Below are positions 38,696-47,090 of a stretch of 48,226 nucleotides of DNA, piece after piece. A program made the position numbers and the translations under genes. The notes under the pieces were generated by a model, which was not told where the DNA came from, ran no database searches, and worked only from the letters and a program-made list of their open reading frames with translations. Position 1 is the stretch's first letter. Every line of letters begins with the position of its first letter. This DNA comes from an uncultured Dehalococcoidia bacterium (GTDB lineage Bacteria; Chloroflexota; Dehalococcoidia; Lucifugimonadales; UBA3495), in the NCBI GenBank assembly GCA_950072105.1, contig CATMOE010000027.1, positions 1 through 48,226 on the forward strand, read 5' to 3'.

Positions 38696-39336
38696 AAAGA
38701 ACCGGAGGCCCGGCGGGAGATGTAGTCCGGGGCGCCCCGGACCCGAAATCTCTCCTCGCTGAAACGTTCTACCCAGTGGGCCAAGGGTTGCAGACTGTCA
38801 GAGAACTGGGGGTCGAATTCCCGCCAATTTCTTGCGTGCTCTTCCGAACGGAAGAGGTTCATGCCGGCTCAACGCCAAGGACGGGTCTCGGGTGCCCCTC
38901 CTACATCGGACCGGGTATAACCGACGATAGTATCCGGTGATGCCGATAGCACCTCACCGTCTCGCATCTCTACCGAGATCGCCTCACCGCAATCCAAACA
39001 TGGGCAATCGACACGTATAGTCTCTCCGGGAAACAGCCAGCAGACCGCCAGCGATTCGAACCCTCATTGGGCGAACCATTTCTGTTCGCCGCGCACGGTG
39101 ATCCGGTATTGATTGGGGAGGACATTGAACGGAGGAAATGACACCAGATAATCGGTATCCGGATGCAGCCAGGCCGGAATCCCAGTAGCGATCAGGTCGT
39201 GCAGTGTCTGGCGGCCTTCTTCCAAGGTAAGCCCCAAGTCGGCGGCAAGCTCCGTATAGTGCGGGGCCTGGCCGGTTTCCACCAGGCGCGTCATGATGTT
39301 GGAGAATGCTTTGTCCAGCAACGCCAGCTCTGCCAT
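38692..39336 (-). CDS. MerB (organomercurial lyase)-like protein, 214 aa, with two probable selenocysteines (U91, U156)
   Basis: Reading through UGA 39064-39066 and UGA 38869-38871 gives ...KWFAQ-U-GFESLAVCWLFPGETIRVDCPCLDCGEAISVEMRDG...PWR-U-AGMNLFRSEEHARNW...SGSL*. Length and spacing parallel MerB C96/D99/C159; the final stop overlaps the modA GTG; GGAGG RBS upstream. Confidence 0.85.
38839..38856 (-). promoter_or_regulatory. Candidate SECIS for the second UGA (U156) of the MerB-like gene
   Basis: CTCTTCC-GTTC-GGAAGAG: perfect 7-bp stem, loop begins with G, 12 nt after the UGA. Confidence 0.65.
39036..39052 (-). promoter_or_regulatory. Candidate SECIS for the first UGA (U91) of the MerB-like gene
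   Basis: GCTGGC-GGTCT-GCTGGC hairpin with G-U pairs, 11 nt after the UGA; the GGUCUGC apex resembles the E. coli fdhF SECIS. Confidence 0.6.
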
Positions 39337-39402
39337 GGGTATCCTCCCAGCGTGTTTATCTTGTTTTGACCAGGCTAGTATTGAGCATATTTAGACTAGA
39401 AC

Positions 39403-39460
39403 GATGGCAATTGTGATGGCAATTATAAAGTATACTTGCTAATACATCAAGTTAAGTGTA
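39403..39460. promoter_or_regulatory. AT-rich divergent control region with candidate operators
   Basis: Direct repeat GATGGCAATT at 39403 and 39415; inverted repeat ACTTG-N9-CAAGT. Confidence 0.45.
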
Positions 39461-39470
39461 CGGTATCCAA

Positions 39471-40610
39471 ATGGCGGCCTTACTTAACCAACTCAAACGA
39501 AACCGGCTTGAGGCCGGGCTTTCCCAGCAGGCGCTGGCCGGTTTGGCAGGAATCAGCCGTCAGGCGTACTCGGCGTTGGAATCGGGCAGCGCCAACCCGT
39601 CGACAGAGGTTGCCCTGCGTCTGGCCCGGTCCTTGAAAACCAGCGTCGACCACCTGTTTTCCTTGCCCGAAGCCGCTCCCCAACAGATGCTGGCCCAGTT
39701 AGTCGGCTCTTCGATCGCCAAAGACACCGCCTCCATCTACAAGCCAGCCACCAGAGTCCAACTGGTGCAGGTAGGTAACAGACTCTTGGCAAGGGCGGTA
39801 TCGGGGACTGGGAGCACCCGTCGATCCCTGATCCAAGCCGAAGGTGTCGCCGTCAATGAACCCGATGAAAGCAACCGGGTGACGGTCCAACCCTTCGAAG
39901 ACCATGAAACCCGGTCGCCAACCTTAGGCTTGCTGGGTTGCGACCCTGCCGGAGCGCTTCTGGAGCCGGGCTTGAATCGGCACGGCATCAACTTGGTATG
40001 GTGGGAGGAAGGGAGTCACCAGGCCTTGTCCGGATTGGCTCGAGGGGAAGCCCATGTGGCGGGTTGTCATCTTCGGGACGAGGACACAGGTGAGTTCAAT
40101 ATCCCCTGGGTCCTGAAGCTGATCCCTTTTCCCTGCACTATGGTCACTTTCGCGGCCTGGCAGCAAGGGTTCATCGTGGCGCCGGGCAACCCTCATGGAA
40201 TACGGAGCGTGGAAGACTTGTCCAGGCCGGAAGTTAGGATCATTAACCGTCAGTCTGGGTCGGGCAGCCGTTCCCTTTTGGACCGGTTATTGCTGCGGGG
40301 AGGAGTACCATCGGCCGCCGTCACCGGCTACAACCGGGAAGCCGGCGGCCATATGTCCGTGGCGTCTACCGTCGCTTCGGGACAAGCCGACGCCGGGGTG
40401 GGAGTGCAGGCCGCCGCCACCGCGCTGGGTTTGGGTTTTGTATCTCTGGAGGAGGAACGGTACGACTTGGTGATTCCCAACCACTTCCTGAACAACAGTG
40501 GTGTTCAGGTGCTGCTCGACCTGCTTCGTCAGCCCGGCCTTCGGCGCCGGGTGGAGACGCTGGGCGGCTATGACGTTTCAGCCATGGGCCTCCCGGTTTC
40601 TCACAGCTGA
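39471..40610 (+). CDS. XRE-type HTH regulator with C-terminal molybdate-binding PBP-like domain
   Basis: LSQQALAGLAGISRQAYSALESG HTH; GSHQAL, AHVAGCHL, NRQSGSGSR and EERYDL; divergent from the mod operon. Confidence 0.88.
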   Translation: MAALLNQLKRNRLEAGLSQQALAGLAGISRQAYSALESGSANPSTEVALRLARSLKTSVDHLFSLPEAAPQQMLAQLVGSSIAKDTASIYKPATRVQLVQVGNRLLARAVSGTGSTRRSLIQAEGVAVNEPDESNRVTVQPFEDHETRSPTLGLLGCDPAGALLEPGLNRHGINLVWWEEGSHQALSGLARGEAHVAGCHLRDEDTGEFNIPWVLKLIPFPCTMVTFAAWQQGFIVAPGNPHGIRSVEDLSRPEVRIINRQSGSGSRSLLDRLLLRGGVPSAAVTGYNREAGGHMSVASTVASGQADAGVGVQAAATALGLGFVSLEEERYDLVIPNHFLNNSGVQVLLDLLRQPGLRRRVETLGGYDVSAMGLPVSHS

Positions 40611-40685
40611 TCAGGCCACTGGGTGATTCTCCTCATATTCATCGACCCAGCCATCGATTTTTCTCCTCCACCTCTTCTTATTCAC

Positions 40686-40714
40686 TTGACTCGGCCAGTT
40701 CACGGGAGTCTAAT
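40686..40714 (+). promoter_or_regulatory. Sigma70-like promoter
   Basis: TTGACT-17 nt-TCTAAT. Confidence 0.4.
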
Positions 40715-40848
40715 GTGGCTTCGGGAAGCGGCTTGAGCAATCAGGCTTATGCACATCTCCATCGCCACAGCGTAGATAGCGGGCTCCAAAACGCAAACTT
40801 CCCAAGAGATGAGACGGCGGAATAACCGCCATTTGAGGAGACATAAGT

Positions 40849-41193
40849 ATGGCTCTAGTTCGATGCATCATGGAAATGGGCATGGGTGTTGACGTACATG
40901 GAAGAGACTACACCAACGGTGCGAAACGGGCGGTTTTCGATGCCCTGCACCACAGTAGTCTGGGGTTTCAACGGCTGATCGGAAAGACGGCCGACGACAT
41001 GCAGGTCGAAATCACCATCGGGTCGCCCCAGCCCAGCCAGGTCGACACGGCAGCGGTTGTGGCCACTCTGCCCCACGGCACCGGCAGTTGCAAAGTAGTG
41101 GTGGGTGGTTTGGAGATCCCCAACGAGGCGGGGGATGACGCGATGGTCATCACCAATGCCGCAGTAATCGTACTCTTCGACGACGGGAAGTAA
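40849..41193 (+). CDS. Lin0512-family protein
   Basis: EMGMGVDVHGRDYT, AVFDAL, LPHG and GGL; GAGGAG RBS. Confidence 0.82.
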   Translation: MALVRCIMEMGMGVDVHGRDYTNGAKRAVFDALHHSSLGFQRLIGKTADDMQVEITIGSPQPSQVDTAAVVATLPHGTGSCKVVVGGLEIPNEAGDDAMVITNAAVIVLFDDGK

Positions 41194-41277
41194 TTCACGA
41201 ACCCGCCGGCGGCCGGCACTTTAACGGCCGCCTTGCCAGATTGGTCTGTTGTCTATATCGCCGGGCCTTCCACAACA

Positions 41278-41306
41278 TACCAGCCCCGACAACGTCGGGG
41301 CTGGTA
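41278..41306. terminator. Perfect 13-bp hairpin between convergent genes, possible bidirectional terminator
   Basis: TACCAGCCCCGAC-AAC-GTCGGGGCTGGTA. Confidence 0.5.
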
Positions 41307-41448
41307 AACAAATCTAATTTTTTGCCGGACACGCCCGGATTCACCGGTAATCCGGAAGCGCCGCACTGAATCCCCAAATACCCAACGGGATCCCCGGTAG
41401 ACCATTAATACATTTGGTGGCGATGCCCGTTGGCAGGTGGGGTCAGCC

Positions 41449-41685
41449 TCAGTGTTCGGCCGGCGGCCGGTTGTTTAGGTTCTTGGTCTTGGTGGTTTTT
41501 GTTACCGCCTTGATGTTGTTTAACAGGTCGGCCGGATCAACGCTGTGCACGCTCTCTATGTGAGTGCTCATTGTGGCCACGACACCATCCGTGGTGTCAG
41601 CTGTGGCCATGAAACGGCAAGGGTCGCCATTCTCGTCTAAGGCCAGTGACAGCATCCAGTTGCAACGCGCGTACTGCATCGTCAT
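41449..41685 (-). CDS. Small putative metal-binding protein (DUF1059-like)
   Basis: C...C-x-F...H-x4-H pattern; strong AGGAGG RBS. Confidence 0.6.
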   Translation of the reverse strand: MTMQYARCNWMLSLALDENGDPCRFMATADTTDGVVATMSTHIESVHSVDPADLLNNIKAVTKTTKTKNLNNRPPAEH

Positions 41686-42017
41686 TTGCTAATCCTCCTA
41701 GACATTTTCCGCCAGACCGCTTCGGTAAAACTCATGTGTTCCGGCCGAACGTTCATCGCAGCAGAGATTTCGCCCCAATTATACACATTCCGGCAAGCCT
41801 GACACCAGTTTTTTGGACCAGATCAGAAAGGACATGGACGGACCGGCTATAAAGCGTCTGCTTCGAAGACGAATTTACAATAGTCTTGAGGCTAAATGAC
41901 AAAGCAAGCTAGCCTCAATCTCCATCCTTAATTAGAATCGTACCGTTGTCAGGGCCGCAGCGTCGAAGATTTGTCTAAACGGATATGATTCAGTCCCGTC
42001 ATTAGAGAAGGCAAGCC

Positions 42018-43148
42018 ATGACCCAGGGTTTTTCTGCCCAAAAAGGCGACGTGATGGTTCTGTTGGGCACCCGCAAGGGGGCCTTCATCTTGTCCAGCGA
42101 CAGATCGCGAAAAAACTGGCAAGTGTCCGGCCCCTACAGTCCGGGGAGTGAGGTATTTCACTTGACCTACGACGATCGGGAAGGTGGGACTGTGTTCGCG
42201 GCGGTCAACCAGATGATATGGGGACCGACAGTTCAACGCAGCCACGATCTGGGGACAACTTGGTTATCTCCCCAAGAGCCGCCCCGATTCACCAGCGGCG
42301 CCGCCGAAACCATAGACCAAGTTTGGCACCTGGCGCCGGGAAGAGATGGGGAACCGGGGGTTGTATATCTGGGAGTTGCCCCGGCCGGCTTGTTCAAAAG
42401 CGATGATTACGGGTCGACCTGGCAAGAGGTTGCCAGCCTGTCTAAGCATTCATCCCGGGACCAATGGCAGCCTGGATTGGGGGGCCTGTGCCTTCACAGC
42501 ATCGTCTTGGACCAGGCGGACGCCGGCCGGATGTGGGTTGGGATCTCGGCGGTAGGAGTATTCGGCACCACCGACTCTGGGGAGTCTTGGGAAACCCTGA
42601 ATCAGGGTGTGCGGGCCGACTTTCTACCCGACAGGTTTCCCGATTTCGGCCAATGCCCTCACAAAGTTTTGACCCACCCATCCAAACCTGGTTTGCTTTA
42701 TCAGCAGAACCACTGCGGGGTATACAGAAGCGATTCGGCTGGCGAAGAGTGGCAAGACATAACCGAGGGTTTGCCTTCCAGATTTGGGTTCGTTCTGGGA
42801 CTCCACTCCAAAGATCCGGATACCCTATTCGTGCTCCCGGAAGACGATGTGTTAGGGGAAGATGTAGGCGGCGGTAAGCGCTACGTGACAGATGCTAAGT
42901 TCCGCGTATACCGCAGCCGGAATGGGGGCCGGGACTGGGAGCCGTTAACACGGAGACTGCCCCAGCAGGGCGCCTACCTGCACGTTCTCCGGGAAGGCAT
43001 GGCCACCGATAGTCTGGACGATTGCGGCATCTACGTGGGCACCACGACCGGACAACTCTTCTACAGCCGGGACAACGGCGACAATTGGGAACTGATGATG
43101 GAGCATCTCCCGCCTATTTTGGCAGTGGAGTGTGGCGTTACGGTCTAA
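42018..43148 (+). CDS. BNR/Asp-box repeat beta-propeller (sialidase/Ycf48-like)
   Basis: LLGTRKG and repeated S-x-D-x-G-x-x-W Asp boxes; CLHSI and QQNHCG. Confidence 0.88.
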   Translation: MTQGFSAQKGDVMVLLGTRKGAFILSSDRSRKNWQVSGPYSPGSEVFHLTYDDREGGTVFAAVNQMIWGPTVQRSHDLGTTWLSPQEPPRFTSGAAETIDQVWHLAPGRDGEPGVVYLGVAPAGLFKSDDYGSTWQEVASLSKHSSRDQWQPGLGGLCLHSIVLDQADAGRMWVGISAVGVFGTTDSGESWETLNQGVRADFLPDRFPDFGQCPHKVLTHPSKPGLLYQQNHCGVYRSDSAGEEWQDITEGLPSRFGFVLGLHSKDPDTLFVLPEDDVLGEDVGGGKRYVTDAKFRVYRSRNGGRDWEPLTRRLPQQGAYLHVLREGMATDSLDDCGIYVGTTTGQLFYSRDNGDNWELMMEHLPPILAVECGVTV

Positions 43149-43245
43149 TGGCCGTTTTTCAACCCATCTCTTACTTAAGCCCAGACCTGCTACCTGAACA
43201 TCATGTCGGGGAACTAGCGCCTCGTCGCCCTGTGGTGGGGGAAAT

Positions 43246-43452
43246 ATGTCTGGACTGGTAACGCTGCTGCTTATCTGGGGAATCGTGGCAGTCGCGCTGG
43301 TAGGCGGAATGGTGGGAGTTGCGCTACATATCAGGGACGAAACTCGCAAGGGACACCGGGCAGCTTTGGTATATGGCCCTCTGGTGTTGGCGGTTATAGC
43401 CGCCTTTGGAGTCTGGGTTATAAGAAGCTGGATCTTCAACTGGGGTAATTAG
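43246..43452 (+). CDS. Small two-TM membrane protein
   Basis: Two hydrophobic segments in 68 aa. Confidence 0.55.
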   Translation: MSGLVTLLLIWGIVAVALVGGMVGVALHIRDETRKGHRAALVYGPLVLAVIAAFGVWVIRSWIFNWGN

Positions 43453-43556
43453 CCGTCAGGATGACCCATCAGTTAGGAATTCCAGGAGGTTAACCGCACA
43501 CCACCTTCTACCAATCCTCAGTGGCCCTCCAACCTTCGCCGCCAATCGAACAAATA

Positions 43557-44417
43557 CTAAAGCCCCGCCAGCAGATCGACGTTTTTGTCCGCGTTTTCAG
43601 GGAATGCCAAGGTGAAATACTCGGTGCTCATTATTTCCCGCATCATTTCTTCGGGCATCTTGGCGAATGCGCCGTCCAACCTCATTTGGGTTCGATGGCG
43701 ATTCAGCGACTCTCGCTTGATATCCACATAGGCGCTCACATCAAGGGTCGTCGTCACCGCTTCGTCGGGGGAACCTATGCTATCCACCATCTGACTGGCG
43801 AAGGGAGGCTCTAACCCCAATTCCTTCATCTGTTGCCACATCCGGCGGAAGTTGCTACGGGGAAAGCAAACATAGTACAGCCGCTGGGGACCCCAGGTCC
43901 GGTCTCCGCTACCCGATTCTCCCGCGGTCAGCGCGTCCACGGCCAAGGGGAAAGCCCGGGTGGTAAACTCATAGACCATTTTATGGTCGGGGTGCCCGTA
44001 ACCTCCGGTTGGATCGTGGGTCAGGACCAGGTCGGCTTGGACTTCAACCATGATTTCGGCCAGCCTTTCGGCAACCTTGTCCGGTTGAGCTTGGAATAGA
44101 CAGTCGGGATGGTCATTATCCGGCGTGCCGTCCATTCCTGAATCCCGGTAACCCAGAAAACGAACGTCCTGTATACCGGTAACGGCCATGGCCTCGCGCA
44201 ATTCCTCCTGTCGCACCTGGAACAGATTCTCGGGAGTAGCCAGAGCCGGGTCGCTTATCTCACCGACATCACCGTTGGTGGCGCAAACTATGGATACCCG
44301 GGCGCCCCGGTCTACCAGCATAGCCAGGGTGCCGCCGGATCCGAAACCTTCATCATCGGGATGAGCGAACGACCCAAGGACGGAGAGGCCGGATAGGTCG
44401 CTGGATTTGCCAAGCAT
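43557..44417 (-). CDS. PIG-L/LmbE family deacetylase (MshB/Mca-like)
   Basis: AHPDDE, GYRDSGM and GGYGHPDH motifs. Confidence 0.9.
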   Translation of the reverse strand: MLGKSSDLSGLSVLGSFAHPDDEGFGSGGTLAMLVDRGARVSIVCATNGDVGEISDPALATPENLFQVRQEELREAMAVTGIQDVRFLGYRDSGMDGTPDNDHPDCLFQAQPDKVAERLAEIMVEVQADLVLTHDPTGGYGHPDHKMVYEFTTRAFPLAVDALTAGESGSGDRTWGPQRLYYVCFPRSNFRRMWQQMKELGLEPPFASQMVDSIGSPDEAVTTTLDVSAYVDIKRESLNRHRTQMRLDGAFAKMPEEMMREIMSTEYFTLAFPENADKNVDLLAGL

Positions 44418-44452
44418 AAATGCAGTCTCCTCATTTTTATCCGCAAGATTCG

Positions 44453-45280
44453 CTATGCGGGATGGTTAGGTTGCCACGAAACCAGGGCCGGGCGCAGGGG
44501 CTGGGAGTCTCGGATATGCAAAGCGCCTTCTTCTTCCGTTAATAATCCGGGCAGCACTTGTTCCAACCGATGTGCTTGGGCGCTGCCCTCCGCCACATAG
44601 AGCCGCCGGCTCAATTGGCTTATAGCATCTTCCAGGTTATCAAACCCCCGGGGCGACTGAGGCGGCATCAAGTCCACTTGATGGTTTATCCCCAGTTCTT
44701 CCAGCACTTCCTTCAGTTCGGGCAGGCTGGGCAGTGGCAAGCGTTCCTTGCCGTGGACCTCCTGCCAAATGCCGTAGATCTGGCTCTGGGGAGGAGCATT
44801 GTAGACCACCAATAACACGCTTTTCTTGGCGTGGGCGTCCAGTTTCTTTAAGAAACCCCCGATGTCCCGAATGGTGTAAATAACGTGGGCGCACAGCACG
44901 ATGTCGACCGGGTCGACTTGAGCGTCTTGCCACTCTTCTTGCACCACGGAAACGATCTCGATGCCGGATTCCTGGGCCTGTTGAGTCAGCACATCGGCCA
45001 TGCTTTCGGAGGGCTCCACGGCGACCAGGCTTCGGCATTTGAGCGCGATCGGTAACGCCAGGCGGCCCCCGCCAGCGCCCACGTCCAGCACGGTTTGATC
45101 CGGGCTGATGTACTCCAATAAAAGATCAACCAGATCGTCTCCGGTACGCCGAGGGTCCGCCCGGAAGTTGGCAGCGTAGGGCCGCCAGTGGTCGGTAGGC
45201 GCAGGAACGGCGCCGCGCATCTCATCCGACTGGGCGTGCTCCACATCAATCATCTGCCGCCAACGTTCGGTGGCTAACAT
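44453..45280 (-). CDS. Class I SAM-dependent methyltransferase
   Basis: VLDVGAGGG and AVEPS motifs. Confidence 0.85.
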   Translation of the reverse strand: MLATERWRQMIDVEHAQSDEMRGAVPAPTDHWRPYAANFRADPRRTGDDLVDLLLEYISPDQTVLDVGAGGGRLALPIALKCRSLVAVEPSESMADVLTQQAQESGIEIVSVVQEEWQDAQVDPVDIVLCAHVIYTIRDIGGFLKKLDAHAKKSVLLVVYNAPPQSQIYGIWQEVHGKERLPLPSLPELKEVLEELGINHQVDLMPPQSPRGFDNLEDAISQLSRRLYVAEGSAQAHRLEQVLPGLLTEEEGALHIRDSQPLRPALVSWQPNHPA

Positions 45281-45503
45281 TTCAGGCCGCTCCTATACAA
45301 CGATTCGTTTAATTTGGCGGGTGTTCCGAAGTCCATGGCGCCCGTTCCGCAGGAGCCGAAGTCTGCTCTGTGGCTACCTGGGGTTTCTTCAACTCTAACC
45401 CAAGGTAGTGTATCAGCCAGGCGCCCGTCGTTCCGGCCCTTCGGCGGAAGGGGGGATCCAGGGAATCGTCCGCTTTAGCCGCACGCCTCAGCCGGTGTGA
45501 CGA

Positions 45504-46028
45504 TTAAATCTCCCCAGAGATCGATGCTGATCTGGCGAGATATGAATTGTAAGTCAGGTCGTTAAAGCAAACGAAATCGACATTCTCTACCGGAAGGTCA
45601 TTTTTGAGAAATTCCGCCACTTCTTTGGTAGCGATCTGTGACGCCAGGTCCACGGGAAACCGGTAGACCCCGGTGCTGATCGCGGGAAAAGCAATGGTCC
45701 GGATCCCGTATTCACTGGCCAATGCCAGGCAATTTTGGTAGCACCTGGCCAGCATTTCCTCTTCGCGAGAACCGCCGCCGTTCCAAACCGGCCCAACGGT
45801 GTGAATCACCCAGCTAGCGGTCAGGTTGTACCCCTTGGTAATCTTTGCTTCTCCGGTGCGGCAGCCGCCCAGTCCCCGGCACTCTTCCAATAACTCCGGT
45901 CCCGCGGCCCGATGGATCGCGCCGTCCACACCCCCGCCGCCCAGGAGGGAAGGGTTTGCGGCGTTAACGATGGCATCAACCCTCAGTTGGGTAATATCGC
46001 CCTGGGTGACTGATATCCGGCCGGTCAC
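45504..46028 (-). CDS. Macrodomain O-acetyl-ADP-ribose deacetylase (YmdB-like)
   Basis: [25 protein letters not shown] and AISTGVY motifs. Confidence 0.93.
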   Translation of the reverse strand: MTGRISVTQGDITQLRVDAIVNAANPSLLGGGGVDGAIHRAAGPELLEECRGLGGCRTGEAKITKGYNLTASWVIHTVGPVWNGGGSREEEMLARCYQNCLALASEYGIRTIAFPAISTGVYRFPVDLASQIATKEVAEFLKNDLPVENVDFVCFNDLTYNSYLARSASISGEI

Positions 46029-46046
46029 GATAGTCAGTAGCCGGGG

Positions 46047-46760
46047 TTACGGGTCGATGAGGGCGATGCGAAGCCGCTTGTTGATGCGCCCTTTGCTTTC
46101 GTGGCCGACCACCTTGATGCCGCCCACTTCCCGAGTGTTGGCGACGTGGGTGCCACCGTCCGCTTGCATGTCCAATCCTTGTATGTCTATGGTGCGAACT
46201 TCCTCTATGTTTGCCGGAAGGAGATTGATCTTGGTTCTGATCAGGTCGGGTTGCATCTCGGCTTGTTGGCGGGTTAGACGATTCACCAACACGTCACGGG
46301 CCGCCGCGACTTCCGCGTTGATCCGCTCGGCGATCTCTTCGGCGAACTCGGCGCTCATGGATTCCAGTTCGAAATCCATCCTAGCCTCGCCGGGCCGCAT
46401 GTCCCCTCCGGTAACCTTTGCCCCGTAATCCCGCCAGATCACGCCGCATAGGATGTGCAATGCGGTGTGGGTTCGCATCAGAGAAAACCGCCGATCCCAG
46501 TCGATACGCCCAGTGACAACGGTCCCTGGCGAAGGCACCGGCCCTTCTATAGTATGTACGATATCTCCGGCCAACCTACCGACTTTTGTTACAAGCCGTT
46601 CTTCATTTTCAACGACCAGCGTACCGGTGTCATAGGGCTGGCCGCCCCCTCCTATGTAGAATCCGGTGCGGTCCAGGACGACTCCATCATCGGTCACACC
46701 AGTAACCTTGGCATCGAACTCCCGTAGATAGCTATCGTCATGGAACAGAAAATCCGTCAT
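46047..46760 (-). CDS. alaX: Alanyl-tRNA editing protein AlaX
   Basis: GGGQPYD, HTALH and DGGTH motifs; 237 aa. Confidence 0.9.
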   Translation of the reverse strand: MTDFLFHDDSYLREFDAKVTGVTDDGVVLDRTGFYIGGGGQPYDTGTLVVENEERLVTKVGRLAGDIVHTIEGPVPSPGTVVTGRIDWDRRFSLMRTHTALHILCGVIWRDYGAKVTGGDMRPGEARMDFELESMSAEFAEEIAERINAEVAAARDVLVNRLTRQQAEMQPDLIRTKINLLPANIEEVRTIDIQGLDMQADGGTHVANTREVGGIKVVGHESKGRINKRLRIALIDP

Positions 46761-46847
46761 ATTAGACCCCGTCTCCGGTACGTGCCGGAGAGAAAGCAGC
46801 GCTGGAATCAGTGGCTGAGCCTGGGTAGGCGGTCGTTGCCGGAGGCT

Positions 46848-46856
46848 ATTATAGCA
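46848..46856 (-). promoter_or_regulatory. Extended -10 promoter (TGCTATAAT) for alaX
   Basis: Minus strand TGCTATAAT about 90 nt upstream of alaX. Confidence 0.5.
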
Positions 46857-47090
46857 AACGCAGGAGTGGAAATTAGGCCGAACCCGAATGACGCCATCGA
46901 TACGTCTCAGATACGGTGAATGATATAGCTTTACATAAGTTGTTTTTGTCGCCTTGGGGTGCCATAATATCCGTTACCATTCAGGCGAGCCTGTCCGGGC
47001 TGGACGGGCCAAGCTTGCCCATAAGGGAAATCTACCTCTGTTGATACCAGAATTGTACCAATCATCATCTTCATGTCAGGTGATCCGACT

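Noticed and set aside
38692..39336. MerB-like gene as a pseudogene, or UGA reassigned to Trp/Gly genome-wide
   Set aside because: Both stops are UGA, fall at Cys-equivalent sites and have downstream hairpins; many ordinary genes here end in UGA at expected positions, so the code is standard
35789..40610. Classical mercury-resistance operon
   Set aside because: No merA, merR or merT/P recognised; the neighbours are modABC
40715..40848. Cobalamin or Moco riboswitch
   Set aside because: GGGAAG and GCCACAG resemble B12-element fragments but order and other conserved elements do not fit; kept only as an unassigned structured leader
123..46727. Numerous antisense and alternate-frame ORFs in the track
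   Set aside because: Expected in GC-rich DNA; they overlap well-supported genes and show no recognisable motifs
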